From positions 13,925 to 77,924 of the forward strand of contig CAYTED010000002.1 in the NCBI GenBank assembly GCA_964436855.1: a stretch of DNA of 64,000 bases, written 5' to 3'. Made by a program: the position numbers and the translations under genes. Numbering within the stretch: the stretch's first letter is position 1; each line of letters opens with the position of its first letter. Shown piece after piece: positions 1 through 7,754 of this stretch. The stretch comes from an uncultured Bdellovibrionales bacterium (GTDB taxonomy: Bacteria; Patescibacteriota; Minisyncoccia; Moranbacterales; UBA1568). Under the pieces are notes generated by a model. It was not told where the DNA came from. It saw nothing but the letters and a program-made list of their open reading frames with translations, and searched no databases.

Positions 1-138
1 TTTGTCGCTGTATCCAATGCTGCAAATCTGTGTTGATCATATGGGTGATATAAAATGGTCACTTACTTTTAGTGAGATTGAAAAGGAGTAGGACGTATCT
101 ATTCTACTACACGTTTTTTGGCAAGCCCAAAAAAGATA

Positions 139-262
139 CCAGTCGAGGTCTACCAATCGAGGTTACCAATCGAGGTCGGTCCTCGACTATTCAAATCGTC
201 CTTTTTACGAAGGATCTTTACAAAGGACCACCTCTTTACAAAGGACCGTCCTTTGTAGGTTA
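139..262. repeat. Cluster of short direct and inverted repeats (iteron-like): CGAGGTC units x3 plus an inverted copy, and TACAAAGGACC x2 plus inverted GTCCTTTGTA
   Basis: Read directly: ...agtcgaggtc taccaatcgaggt taccaatcgaggt cggtcctcgac..., then ctttacaaaggacc acctctttacaaaggacc gtcctttgtagg. The only overlapping ORF (72..305) has no recognisable domain. Confidence 0.4.
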
Positions 263-358
263 CGTGGATGATTGTAGACAGTGCCGGAATTGGACTTTTT
301 TATGACGTAAGAAAAAACACTTGCTAGCGCGCCTTTGGCGTGACCCTTTTCTGTTTCT

Positions 359-1048
359 TCAAATCTTTGCTAATTTCTTTAACTTTAATCCTGCACTAGT
401 AGTGGTTATTCCTGGCATATTTTTTATATGATTTTCAATCTCGTTGATTGACTTTTTTGGTGTGTAGGTATAGATATCATTGGCGAATACATCCAAAAAA
501 TGTTTCTTCAGAGTATCTAGATCAACTTCTTCGCCTTCTGGTCTTGTCTGAGAATGTACAACAAGTTCCGCGAGCTTCTGTTGTACCACCCTAGCCCTTT
601 CCTCTGTTGTTACCCAAAAGAAATCATTATTTTTTTTTGCAAAATCCTCAATTAAATCTCCGTAATCGTAAAAATCAGCTATCAACTTCAATTCGTCTTG
701 ATCGAAATCACTAACAAAAAGATGTGCATAATTCTTCCAACTCTTTGTCGGAAAGAGTGACGGTAAGTCCTCCGTGTTTCCTATCTGAAGCCTCTCTTTT
801 AATTGATCGATTCTGTTCTCTGCAGTTCGAATCTCTAGCAAAAGCACTCTTGCTGCTTGAACTTTCGTATCAGATTTTTGCTTCAAATAAATAAAAATTG
901 CAACACTTCCAACTAAAAGGGTAATGAAGGAAGAAAATGCTGATGAATTAATAACGCTATAATGGAATTTATAAAAGTAATAACTCAGGCTTAGGAAAAT
1001 ACCAAAAACCAATATATAGAAACTTACTTCGTTCTTTGTAAATTTCAT
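359..1048 (-). CDS. Hypothetical membrane protein with two N-terminal TM helices
   Basis: 229-aa ORF filling the gap before dnaK. Hydrophobic N-terminus (FYILVFGIFLSLSYYF, ITLLVGSVAIFIYL). No family recognised. Confidence 0.4.
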   Translation of the reverse strand: MKFTKNEVSFYILVFGIFLSLSYYFYKFHYSVINSSAFSSFITLLVGSVAIFIYLKQKSDTKVQAARVLLLEIRTAENRIDQLKERLQIGNTEDLPSLFPTKSWKNYAHLFVSDFDQDELKLIADFYDYGDLIEDFAKKNNDFFWVTTEERARVVQQKLAELVVHSQTRPEGEEVDLDTLKKHFLDVFANDIYTYTPKKSINEIENHIKNMPGITTTSAGLKLKKLAKI

Positions 1049-1078
1049 ATTCTTTGGGATTTTAATTTCAATTAGTTA

Positions 1079-1110
1079 TGAAAGAGCGGAGGAAAAAATC
1101 CTCCGCTCTT
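1079..1110. terminator. Hairpin plus T-run (GAGCGGAGG-loop-CCTCCGCTC TTTTTTT) downstream of dnaK, flanked by an A-run on the other side (possible bidirectional terminator)
   Basis: Seen in sequence: aaagagcggaggaaaaaatcctccgctcttttttt immediately 3' of the dnaK stop. Confidence 0.45.
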
Positions 1111-1121
1111 TTTTTGTTACG

Positions 1122-3032
1122 CTATTTTTTCTCGCCATTATCTTCGACCTCGGCGTCCTTTGGCGCGTCAGCTGCTGCTTCGCCTTCTGGTTTGGCATCT
1201 CCTGGCTGCTGTGAAGCTTGGGAAGCTTCTGAAGCTGCTTTGTAGAGTTTTTCGCCGATCTTTTGGGCGGACTGAGAGAGCGCTTCGGTCGCCTTCTTGA
1301 TCGCTTCGAGGTCGTCGCCATTTTTGACTTTGTTTAATTCAGTGATTGCTTCCTCAACGGGCTTCTTTTCATCTGCCGTGATCTTGTCTCCTGCGTCCTT
1401 GAGCGCCTTTTCGGTCGTGTAGGAAAGGGTGTCTGCCATATTGCGCGCTTCGATGAGTTCTTTTTTGCGCTTGTCCTCTTCGGCGTGCAGTTCGGCATCT
1501 TTCTTCATACGCTCGATCTCGTCTTTGGAGAGTCCGGTCGAGGATTCGATACGAATGTTTTGCGTTTTTCCGGTTGCTTTGTCTTTCGCCGTAACGGTAA
1601 GAATTCCCGATGCATCGATGTCGAAGGTGACTTCGATCTGCGGCATACCGCGTGGCGCCGGTGGAATACCATCGAGGATGAATCGTCCGAGGGATTTGTT
1701 GTCATTTGCCATCTCGCGCTCTCCCTGGAGAACGTGAATTTCTACCGATGGCTGATTGTCTGCTGCGGTTGAAAAGACCTGGGAGCGATTGACCGGGACC
1801 GTCGTGTTTCGGTCGATAAGCGGCGTGCGGACACCTCCCATGGTTTCGATGCCGAATGTCAGCGGCGTCACATCGAGGAGGAGCACGTCTTTCACCGATC
1901 CTTCGAGGACACCTCCCTGGATCGCTGCTCCTGCCGCCACGACTTCATCCGGGTTTACCGAAATATTCGGTTTTTTGCCGAAAAATTTTTCTACTTGCGT
2001 GAGGACGAGCGGCATACGAGTCATACCACCGACCAAGACGACTTCGTTGATATCACTTGCGGAGAGCTTGGCATCGGCGAGCGCTTTCTTCACTGGTTCG
2101 AATGATGCTTCGACGAGATCGCCGACGAGTTCTTCGAGTTTCGCTCGGGTCAGTTTCATAACCAAGTGTTTCGGTCCATTGGCATCGCTCGTGATAAATG
2201 GCTGATTGATCTCGGTGTCCTGTGCGGTCGAGAGTTCGATCTTCGCCTTTTCCGCGCTTTCCTTGATGCGCTGGAGTGCGAGCGGATCTTTGCCGAGGTC
2301 GATCCCCTCTTGCTTCTTGAATTCATCGAGAATCCAATGAATGATGCGCTGGTCGAAGTCGTCTCCACCGAGATGGGTATCACCATTGGTCGATTTTACT
2401 TCCACGGTATCTTCGGCGACTTCGAGGATAGAGATATCGAATGTTCCACCGCCGAGGTCGTAGACGGCGATTTTCTCGTCTTTCTTTTTGTTGAATCCGT
2501 AGGCGAGTGCGGCCGCGGTCGGTTCGTTGATGATTCGACGAACATTGAAACCGGCGATTTCTCCTGCTTCTTTGGTTGCTTTTCTCTGTGAGTCGTCGAA
2601 ATATGCCGGGACCGTGATGACTGCATCGGTGATTTTTTCGCCGAGTTTTTCTTCGGCGTCTGCTTTCAGTTTTGCGAGGATCATCGCGGAGATTTCCTGT
2701 GGAGAATATTCCTTGCCGCCCATCACGATCTTCACGCCTTCCCCTGCCTGGATCACTTTGTAGGGAAGAGTTTTCATATCGCGCTTCACTTCGTCGTCGT
2801 TGAAGTGGCGTCCGATCAAGCGCTTGACGGAGAAGAGCGTGTTTTCCGGATTGGTAACGCTCTGGCGCTTAGCGAGGAGTCCGACGAGTCGCTCCCCGGT
2901 TTTTGAGATCGCGACCATGGATGGCGTAGTGCGCGCGCCTTCTTTGTTTTCGACGATGGTCGGACTTCCGCCTTCGACGAACGCCATTGCGGAGTTTGTT
3001 GTACCGAGATCGATTCCGAGTATTTTAGCCAT
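1122..3032 (-). CDS. dnaK: Molecular chaperone DnaK (Hsp70)
   Basis: 636 aa. N-terminal [30 protein letters not shown] and the rest are diagnostic Hsp70 motifs. Acidic C-terminal tail. Confidence 0.97.
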   Translation of the reverse strand: MAKILGIDLGTTNSAMAFVEGGSPTIVENKEGARTTPSMVAISKTGERLVGLLAKRQSVTNPENTLFSVKRLIGRHFNDDEVKRDMKTLPYKVIQAGEGVKIVMGGKEYSPQEISAMILAKLKADAEEKLGEKITDAVITVPAYFDDSQRKATKEAGEIAGFNVRRIINEPTAAALAYGFNKKKDEKIAVYDLGGGTFDISILEVAEDTVEVKSTNGDTHLGGDDFDQRIIHWILDEFKKQEGIDLGKDPLALQRIKESAEKAKIELSTAQDTEINQPFITSDANGPKHLVMKLTRAKLEELVGDLVEASFEPVKKALADAKLSASDINEVVLVGGMTRMPLVLTQVEKFFGKKPNISVNPDEVVAAGAAIQGGVLEGSVKDVLLLDVTPLTFGIETMGGVRTPLIDRNTTVPVNRSQVFSTAADNQPSVEIHVLQGEREMANDNKSLGRFILDGIPPAPRGMPQIEVTFDIDASGILTVTAKDKATGKTQNIRIESSTGLSKDEIERMKKDAELHAEEDKRKKELIEARNMADTLSYTTEKALKDAGDKITADEKKPVEEAITELNKVKNGDDLEAIKKATEALSQSAQKIGEKLYKAASEASQASQQPGDAKPEGEAAADAPKDAEVEDNGEKK

Positions 3033-3075
3033 ATGATTTTTATAAATGATTTACGATTGATGATTTATGAATTCT

Positions 3076-3158
3076 GAACCCCTCCCTACCCTCCCCTTTG
3101 ACCCGCTTCGACGGAGCGATAGCGAGGCGAGAAGGGGAGGTGGAAGAGTGGGGATGAC
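3076..3158. repeat. GC-rich imperfect palindromic repeat (family copy A), intergenic between grpE and dnaK
   Basis: gaacccctccctaccctcccctt ... gaaggggaggtggaagagtggggatgacc. The two arms are near reverse complements. The same modules recur at 41456-41530 and 51249-51350. Confidence 0.6.
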
Positions 3159-3160
3159 CG

Positions 3161-3688
3161 TTACGCGGACGTAACCGTCACCTTTGCGGCGCGGATCACT
3201 CTCTCTCCTATCCTGAATCCGTTCTGAATCACTTTCATGACGAGTTGCTTTTCTGTTGTCTCATTCTTTTTTCCTTCTATTGCTTCGCTACTGATCGCTT
3301 CCATGGTGGTGGGATTGAATGCATCGCCTACTTTCACTTCGATCGTTGCCACGCCATTTTCAGTGAGTACTTTTTCGAGTTGCTTTTCGATGTACTGAAT
3401 GCCGGTTACCCAGGGGCTTCCCCTCTCTTCTTCCGGTACGTGTTCGGTCGCCATTCGGAAGTTGTCCATCACCGGAATAATATCGAGAATAAGTTTTTCG
3501 GTGAGATAGCCAGTGAGTTCTTTCTGTTGCTCGGCTTGCCGCTTTTTGTAGTTTTCAAAATCTGCCTGAAGACGTTTGAGATCATTCAAATATTCATTTG
3601 CTTTTTCTTCCCAATTTGGCGATGCAGTTTCTTCTGTTGCGACTTCTTTATTTTCTATTTCTTCGTCCTTCTTTTTTCCTTTGGTCAT
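3161..3688 (-). CDS. grpE: Nucleotide exchange factor GrpE
   Basis: 175 aa. Coiled-coil N-terminus (LKRLQADFENYKKR) and a C-terminal GrpE beta domain. Located between hrcA and dnaK. Confidence 0.88.
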   Translation of the reverse strand: MTKGKKKDEEIENKEVATEETASPNWEEKANEYLNDLKRLQADFENYKKRQAEQQKELTGYLTEKLILDIIPVMDNFRMATEHVPEEERGSPWVTGIQYIEKQLEKVLTENGVATIEVKVGDAFNPTTMEAISSEAIEGKKNETTEKQLVMKVIQNGFRIGERVIRAAKVTVTSA

Positions 3689-3694
3689 AGGTTT

Positions 3695-3797
3695 TTCATT
3701 AATTTCGAATTTTTAATTTTGAATTTCGAATCAATGTTTAAAAAATTAATGATTCAAACATTCAATCAAAATTCGAGTTTCAAAATTCAGAATTAAA
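3695..3797. repeat. AT-rich dispersed repeat (AAAATTCGAGTTTCAAAATTC unit), copy 1
   Basis: caaaattcgagtttcaaaattcagaatt is identical over about 21 nt to the reverse complement of a stretch in 5911-5945 and similar to one at 10960-10990. Confidence 0.5.
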
Positions 3798-4562
3798 TTA
3801 GGTGATTATGGAAATTATTGCTGTGGATGAGATGATGACAATCATGTTCGCTCCTGATGATCCCAAGAGTTTCTTCATATACTCAATGAGGGATTTGTTC
3901 TTGGCATAGTCCATACGTTTCGGACCGATAATTGCGAGCACCCCTTTCCCTTCTTTGCTTTCGTATGGCGCGACGACCATAGAACAGTTGGAAATTTCTT
4001 TGATGGGATTTTCTTCGCCGATAAAGATATGCGTCTCGCCGTCTTTGAGATTGACGAGAATAGTGTCGAGTTTTTCATCGAGCGAATCGAGGGTTTCCAC
4101 GACGCGGCAGAGTTCGTCGATTTCTTGAAATTCCGGTTTTTCCATCAATTCCTTCATTCCAAAGTCGTAGAACTCATCTTTATCAATAAGGCCAGATACG
4201 ACGAGATTCCCTGAAAGTGCTGAAAGGAGTTTGGTCGTGCTTCGACCCATACGTGCTTGCTTTGCTTTCATCATGAGGAGTTCTTTTTGAAGGCGACGCT
4301 GATCTTCTCGCGAGAGATCCTCATCTCCCATCATTTCTTCGACATAGAAGCGATATCCAGCATCGGTTGGAATACGTCCAGCAGAAATATGAGGTTGGTA
4401 GAGGTAACCCTCCTCTTCGAGTTCGACCATATCATTACGGAGTGTGGCGGAACTGACGGGAAATTCGAAATGTTCCAAAAGCGCCTGCGATCCGACAGGA
4501 ATCGCGGTTTTGGTATAGAGTTCAACGATTCCGGAGAGAATTTGTTTTTGACGGGAGTTCAT
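3798..4562 (-). CDS. hrcA: Heat-inducible transcription repressor HrcA (short form)
   Basis: 254 aa. N-terminal winged helix MNSRQKQILSGIVELYTKTAIPVGSQAL...SSATLRNDMVELEEEGYL matches HrcA. First gene of an hrcA-grpE-dnaK operon, with CIRCE upstream. Confidence 0.85.
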   Translation of the reverse strand: MNSRQKQILSGIVELYTKTAIPVGSQALLEHFEFPVSSATLRNDMVELEEEGYLYQPHISAGRIPTDAGYRFYVEEMMGDEDLSREDQRRLQKELLMMKAKQARMGRSTTKLLSALSGNLVVSGLIDKDEFYDFGMKELMEKPEFQEIDELCRVVETLDSLDEKLDTILVNLKDGETHIFIGEENPIKEISNCSMVVAPYESKEGKGVLAIIGPKRMDYAKNKSLIEYMKKLLGSSGANMIVIISSTAIISIIT

Positions 4563-4623
4563 AGGTCAGTAAACAGAGAGCAAATAACAATCAACAAAAA
4601 ACAGAGAAATATGCTGTAAATTT

Positions 4624-4652
4624 AGTATAAAAAATGATTTAGCAGTCGTCAA
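4624..4652 (-). promoter_or_regulatory. Sigma70-like promoter for the hrcA operon (-35 TTGACG, 17-nt spacer, -10 TATACT) overlapping CIRCE
   Basis: Minus-strand read: TTGACGactgctaaatcatttttTATACT about 60 nt upstream of the hrcA ATG. The -35 box lies inside the CIRCE spacer. Confidence 0.45.
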
Positions 4653-4665
4653 GTGAGAGTGCTAA
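4639..4665 (-). promoter_or_regulatory. CIRCE operator (HrcA binding site), TTAGCAgTC-N9-GAGTGCTAA
   Basis: ttagcagtc gtcaagtga gagtgctaa matches the CIRCE consensus TTAGCACTC-N9-GAGTGCTAA with one mismatch. It sits about 75 nt upstream of the hrcA start. Confidence 0.85.
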
Positions 4666-4688
4666 TATTGAAATCTTCGTAAAAAAAG

Positions 4689-4718
4689 TTGCCCCGCAAA
4701 GGTGGTCCTTGCAGGGGC
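4689..4718 (-). terminator. Rho-independent terminator for the upstream small-ORF operon (minus strand)
   Basis: Minus-strand read: gcccctgcaaggaccacctttgcggggc followed by aacttttttt. A 9-bp GC-rich stem then a T-run, about 90 nt past the stop of ORF 4807..5040. Confidence 0.5.
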
Positions 4719-4806
4719 GTTGGTACTATACCGGATTGGTCGATCCGGCGTTTCTGCTTATCTCCCAAGCGCTTTTTTTGAGGGAGACTTTAGTGCAGTC
4801 AGTTGA

Positions 4807-5040
4807 TTACTCCATACAGCTCTGACCACAGAGGTTGCAGAACTCTGTGTTGCCTTGCGTATGGAAGTGGTGGAATGCTGTTGAGGCAGGCATCGTTTGC
4901 CGATGATTCGCCAAACAAACCACGGTTCTTACTTGTGGGGCCCCGTGTGGAACAAGACCCGCATGTCCGGGGAATGCGCCAGCGCTGATATCGATTCCAG
5001 CGAAAGCATCTCGCACGACTTCCTGATAGTCTTTACTCAT
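4807..5040 (-). CDS. Small hypothetical protein (77 aa) with a Cys-rich C-terminus (FCNLCGQSC)
   Basis: Canonical SD: aaataAGGAGGAaatcATG. Its start overlaps the stop of the upstream ORF (ATGA), implying translational coupling. No family recognised. Confidence 0.5.
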   Translation of the reverse strand: MSKDYQEVVRDAFAGIDISAGAFPGHAGLVPHGAPQVRTVVCLANHRQTMPASTAFHHFHTQGNTEFCNLCGQSCME

Positions 5041-5234
5041 GATTTCCTCCTTATTTGCAAGGGTTTACGCACGATTGGCAGTAGTGGCAACGCCCGTCGT
5101 AGCGTTGACGAGCCTTGTTCCGAGGGATATACCAGACTTTGCCCCCAGAGTCTTTCAATCGATTGCAGCGAAACAATTGTTCGGTGCCCCCCCTGCTTGT
5201 CTGCCCCATTGCTTCCTTTGTGCTTCTTTCCCAT
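5037..5234 (-). CDS. Small basic hypothetical protein (65 aa)
   Basis: Canonical SD: aaaaccGGAGGAGaaaATG. Immediately follows ORF 5253..5504 and overlaps the next ORF by 4 nt. Confidence 0.5.
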   Translation of the reverse strand: MGKKHKGSNGADKQGGHRTIVSLQSIERLWGQSLVYPSEQGSSTLRRALPLLPIVRKPLQIRRKS

Positions 5235-5252
5235 TTTCTCCTCCGGTTTTGG

Positions 5253-5504
5253 TTACGCTTCCGCGCCGAGTTGGCTCTGATCGTGTAGTTCTCCATAGAG
5301 ACGTGTCATATGAAGTCCGAGACACAGTTCTCGCGAGGGATAGCACCGATTGAGATCTGAAGAAAAACACAATTTTCCTTTATAATGCATGCACGCGTCG
5401 CAGGGCTGCATCGTTTTTCCGTCGCAGCGCGCGCATTCTTCGAGAGTTTCTCCTTCTTTTCCCGGCTCGATGCCGAGGTTTTGCTTTCCGGTGCAATCGA
5501 CCAT
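5253..5504 (-). CDS. Small Cys-rich hypothetical protein (83 aa from the internal ATG; 8 Cys including CxxC-x7-CxxC)
   Basis: The ORF-track start (GTG at 5564) lacks an RBS. The internal ATG at 5504 has a perfect SD (acGGAGGAcacagaaATG). Product: MVDCTGKQ...CARCDGKTMQPCDAC... Confidence 0.45.
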   Translation of the reverse strand: MVDCTGKQNLGIEPGKEGETLEECARCDGKTMQPCDACMHYKGKLCFSSDLNRCYPSRELCLGLHMTRLYGELHDQSQLGAEA

Positions 5505-5661
5505 TTCTGTGTCCTCCGTATTGGGATGAAGTGGGATAACCTTGGTACCTTGTCGGGTCATCACCCCTTCAAATTGGGAAAAAAACTCTGTGCCAAGTGT
5601 AGAAAAAATTATTTCTTTTGTAAATTAAATCCATTTGAGAGAATCTTCTCGCTGGGTTTTG

Positions 5662-5910
5662 TCATTTTTTCGTGTTGTTCGGAATGGGATCGATACCGCC
5701 TTTTGCCCACGGATGGCAGCGGAACATTCTCCGGAGTCCGAGTGAAATGCCGCGCAGCACTCCGAATCGATCAATTGCTTGGTAGGTGTACTCGCTGCAA
5801 CTCGGGTAAAATCGACACCATTTCTCTCCGAGAATGATTCCGAGAATCCCGTGATCAAGCGAGAGCGTTTTCTGATAGAAGCGGATGAGAGAAAGGAGGA
5901 GTTTTTTCAT
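5662..5910 (-). CDS. yidD: Membrane protein insertion efficiency factor YidD
   Basis: 82 aa. [23 protein letters not shown]...[14 protein letters not shown] is the YidD/DUF37 signature. Confidence 0.85.
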   Translation of the reverse strand: MKKLLLSLIRFYQKTLSLDHGILGIILGEKWCRFYPSCSEYTYQAIDRFGVLRGISLGLRRMFRCHPWAKGGIDPIPNNTKK

Positions 5911-6060
5911 AATTTTGAATTTTGAAACTCGAATTTTACATCAAATCGGAATTTCTCAATTCTTGAATTAAAAATTCCTGTCTGCCGACAGGCAGGGATT
6001 CGAAATTCAGAATTTAAAATTCGAATTTTCAGGATGACGAAGGAATGCTTTTTAGGTATA
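5911..6060. repeat. AT-rich dispersed repeat region (GAATTTTGAAACTCGAATTTT, copy 2) enclosing the 24-nt palindrome TCCTGTCTGCCGACAGGCAGGGA (5976-5998)
   Basis: gaattttgaaactcgaatttt is the reverse complement of the 3695-3797 unit. The palindrome recurs at 30762-30785. Confidence 0.5.
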
Positions 6061-6111
6061 ATGGAAACAAATGAAAACCGCAAATACAAAGCAATATAAC
6101 AAAAAGCCGCT

Positions 6112-7020
6112 ATGCGAATGATCAAACACAAAAAAGTAACGTGGATCGATTTCGAGGATCCGCATGAGGACGATATCCTCTATCTTCAGGAAAATTTCAA
6201 CATTCATCCGCTCGCGATCGAAGAATTTGTCACACCGACCTATCAGCCAAAGGTGGTGCAATACGATCATTGCGTCTTCCTCTCCGTACACATCCCCCTC
6301 TTCGACGTCGAGCATCGGACAACGTATCCGGGCGAACTTGATATTATTCTCACCAAAGATCATTTGATTACCGGTCACAAACAGTCGATTTATCAGCTCG
6401 AGAAATTTTTCGACGAGGCGCGAAAGAGCGAGGGAAAACGCCGACTTTTCTTCGAGGAGAGTCCGACGCATCTTCTTTATCGTCTCCTTGAGATTCTCTT
6501 GAACTCGTGTTTTCCTCGGCTCAATCATATTTCCGAAAAACTGAATTATATCGAGTCGCAAGTTTTTTCGGAAAAAGAAAAAGAAATGGTGTACGAAATT
6601 TCCGTTCTGAAACGGGATATCTTGAATTTTCGTCGGACGCTCAAACCGCAGCGATCCATTCTCGAGTCCTTGCTTGCGAAGAATCATCCGTTTGTTTCGG
6701 AGGAACTCAAAATTTATTTTCAGGATCTGATCGGCACGAATATCCGGATTTGGAATATCCTTGAATCAAGCAAAGAAACTATTGAGGCGCTTGAAGCGAC
6801 CAATAATTCCCTTCTTTCAAACAAACTCGATCTTACAATGAAAATCCTTACGATTTTCTCGGCGGTACTTCTTCCAATGTCGGTCTATACCAATATGCTT
6901 GCGATGAGCGCGGCGATCCCGTTTGGAAACAATCCGAACGCGTTTTGGATTCATGCAGCGATTATGTTCGCGATCGCGGCCATTACGGTCGTTCTCTTCA
7001 AGTGGAAGAAGTGGTTTTGA
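6112..7020 (+). CDS. CorA-family divalent cation transporter with a non-canonical YTNM in place of the YGMN motif
   Basis: 302 aa. Soluble N-domain plus two C-terminal TM helices (ILTIFSAVLLPMSVYTNMLAMSAAIPFG...IHAAIMFAIAAITVVLF), the typical CorA/ZntB layout. Confidence 0.7.
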   Translation: MRMIKHKKVTWIDFEDPHEDDILYLQENFNIHPLAIEEFVTPTYQPKVVQYDHCVFLSVHIPLFDVEHRTTYPGELDIILTKDHLITGHKQSIYQLEKFFDEARKSEGKRRLFFEESPTHLLYRLLEILLNSCFPRLNHISEKLNYIESQVFSEKEKEMVYEISVLKRDILNFRRTLKPQRSILESLLAKNHPFVSEELKIYFQDLIGTNIRIWNILESSKETIEALEATNNSLLSNKLDLTMKILTIFSAVLLPMSVYTNMLAMSAAIPFGNNPNAFWIHAAIMFAIAAITVVLFKWKKWF

Positions 7021-7051
7021 TGAGAGGGAATCTTGAACAGCGTCCCCTTCT

Positions 7052-7123
7052 GTTATTCCGAGCCTGTCGAGGAATCTCACTCGTATCATACCTGAAGATC
7101 CCTCGGCTTCGCTCGGGATGACA
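7052..7123. repeat. GC-rich inverted-repeat hairpin element ending in GGGATGACA (copy a)
   Basis: gttattccgagcctgtcgaggaatc ...20 nt... gatccctcggcttcgctcgggatgaca. The arms are near reverse complements. Lies between convergent genes. Confidence 0.5.
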
Positions 7124-7222
7124 CAAAACAAGTTGTTTTTTTGAAAAATCAAAACGCCGGGCGCGATTGCTATCGTACGCCGGCGCCTGGGTGTCTTTAT
7201 ATCCCTTCCTCCCTATACGGAA

Positions 7223-7576
7223 TCACACCTTGTATGCGTGGGAGATGAGGTTTATGAATCCTACCAAAAGTAGGAGTAGGATCCATGAATTGATGATGTA
7301 GATCCTCATCATGATGAGTGTGATGATGCGCTCTTGAGTTGCGATCTGGGAAAGGATTTTTGGGAATTGATGATGTCCCGAAGTGAGCCTTTCATCCAAT
7401 TCACTTCTTTTTCTTTTCTCTATTTCGAGCCTTGATTCTTCTGTTGTTCGCAACCCAAGAATGAGTGCGAGTATAGCGCATACCACGATGAGAATCATCA
7501 AATGAACAGACATTTCGTTCCCTCTTCTGGTTGGAAAAGAATGATTTTTTGTACCATTTGAATACTTCTTTGTCAA
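7223..7576 (-). CDS. Small hypothetical membrane protein (possible internal start near 7513)
   Basis: ORF with two hydrophobic segments (LMILIVVCAILALILG, ILLLLLVGFINLI). No homolog recognised. Confidence 0.3.
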   Translation of the reverse strand: MTKKYSNGTKNHSFPTRRGNEMSVHLMILIVVCAILALILGLRTTEESRLEIEKRKRSELDERLTSGHHQFPKILSQIATQERIITLIMMRIYIINSWILLLLLVGFINLISHAYKV

Positions 7577-7646
7577 CAGTCGGAAAAGCTCGGAAATTTT
7601 GGTATGATTGAATTGTTTCCTGAATTTTTATCGGTTGAATCTATCT

Positions 7647-7719
7647 GTCATTCCCGCGGAGGCGGGAATCTAGGTTCCACAAACTATTTTTCTGGATCCC
7701 CGCCTCCGCGGGGATGACA
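7647..7719. repeat. GC-rich inverted-repeat hairpin element ending in GGGATGACA (copy b)
   Basis: gtcattcccgcggaggcgggaatc ...23 nt... ggatccccgcctccgcggggatgaca. The arms are reverse complements with two mismatches. Sits in the divergent promoter region upstream of cysS. Confidence 0.55.
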
Positions 7720-7754
7720 AGAGAAGTTATATTCTTTATTTTTCATTCTGCGAT

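Noticed and set aside
72-305. 77-aa plus-strand ORF at the window start
   Set aside because: It overlaps the iteron-like repeat array, has no recognisable domain and gives a low-complexity translation, so it is probably non-coding.
4690-4800. GGGGCG...hairpin-rich 110-nt stretch that at first glance looked like the 5' end of a tmRNA or another structured ncRNA
   Set aside because: It does not match the tmRNA 5' consensus (GGGG..GGATTCGACG), and no tRNA-like 3' end follows. It is fully explained as the rho-independent terminator of the small-ORF operon plus the hrcA promoter and CIRCE.
5385-5837. 150-aa plus-strand ORF
   Set aside because: It overlaps yidD and the Cys-rich small ORF on the opposite strand and has no motifs.
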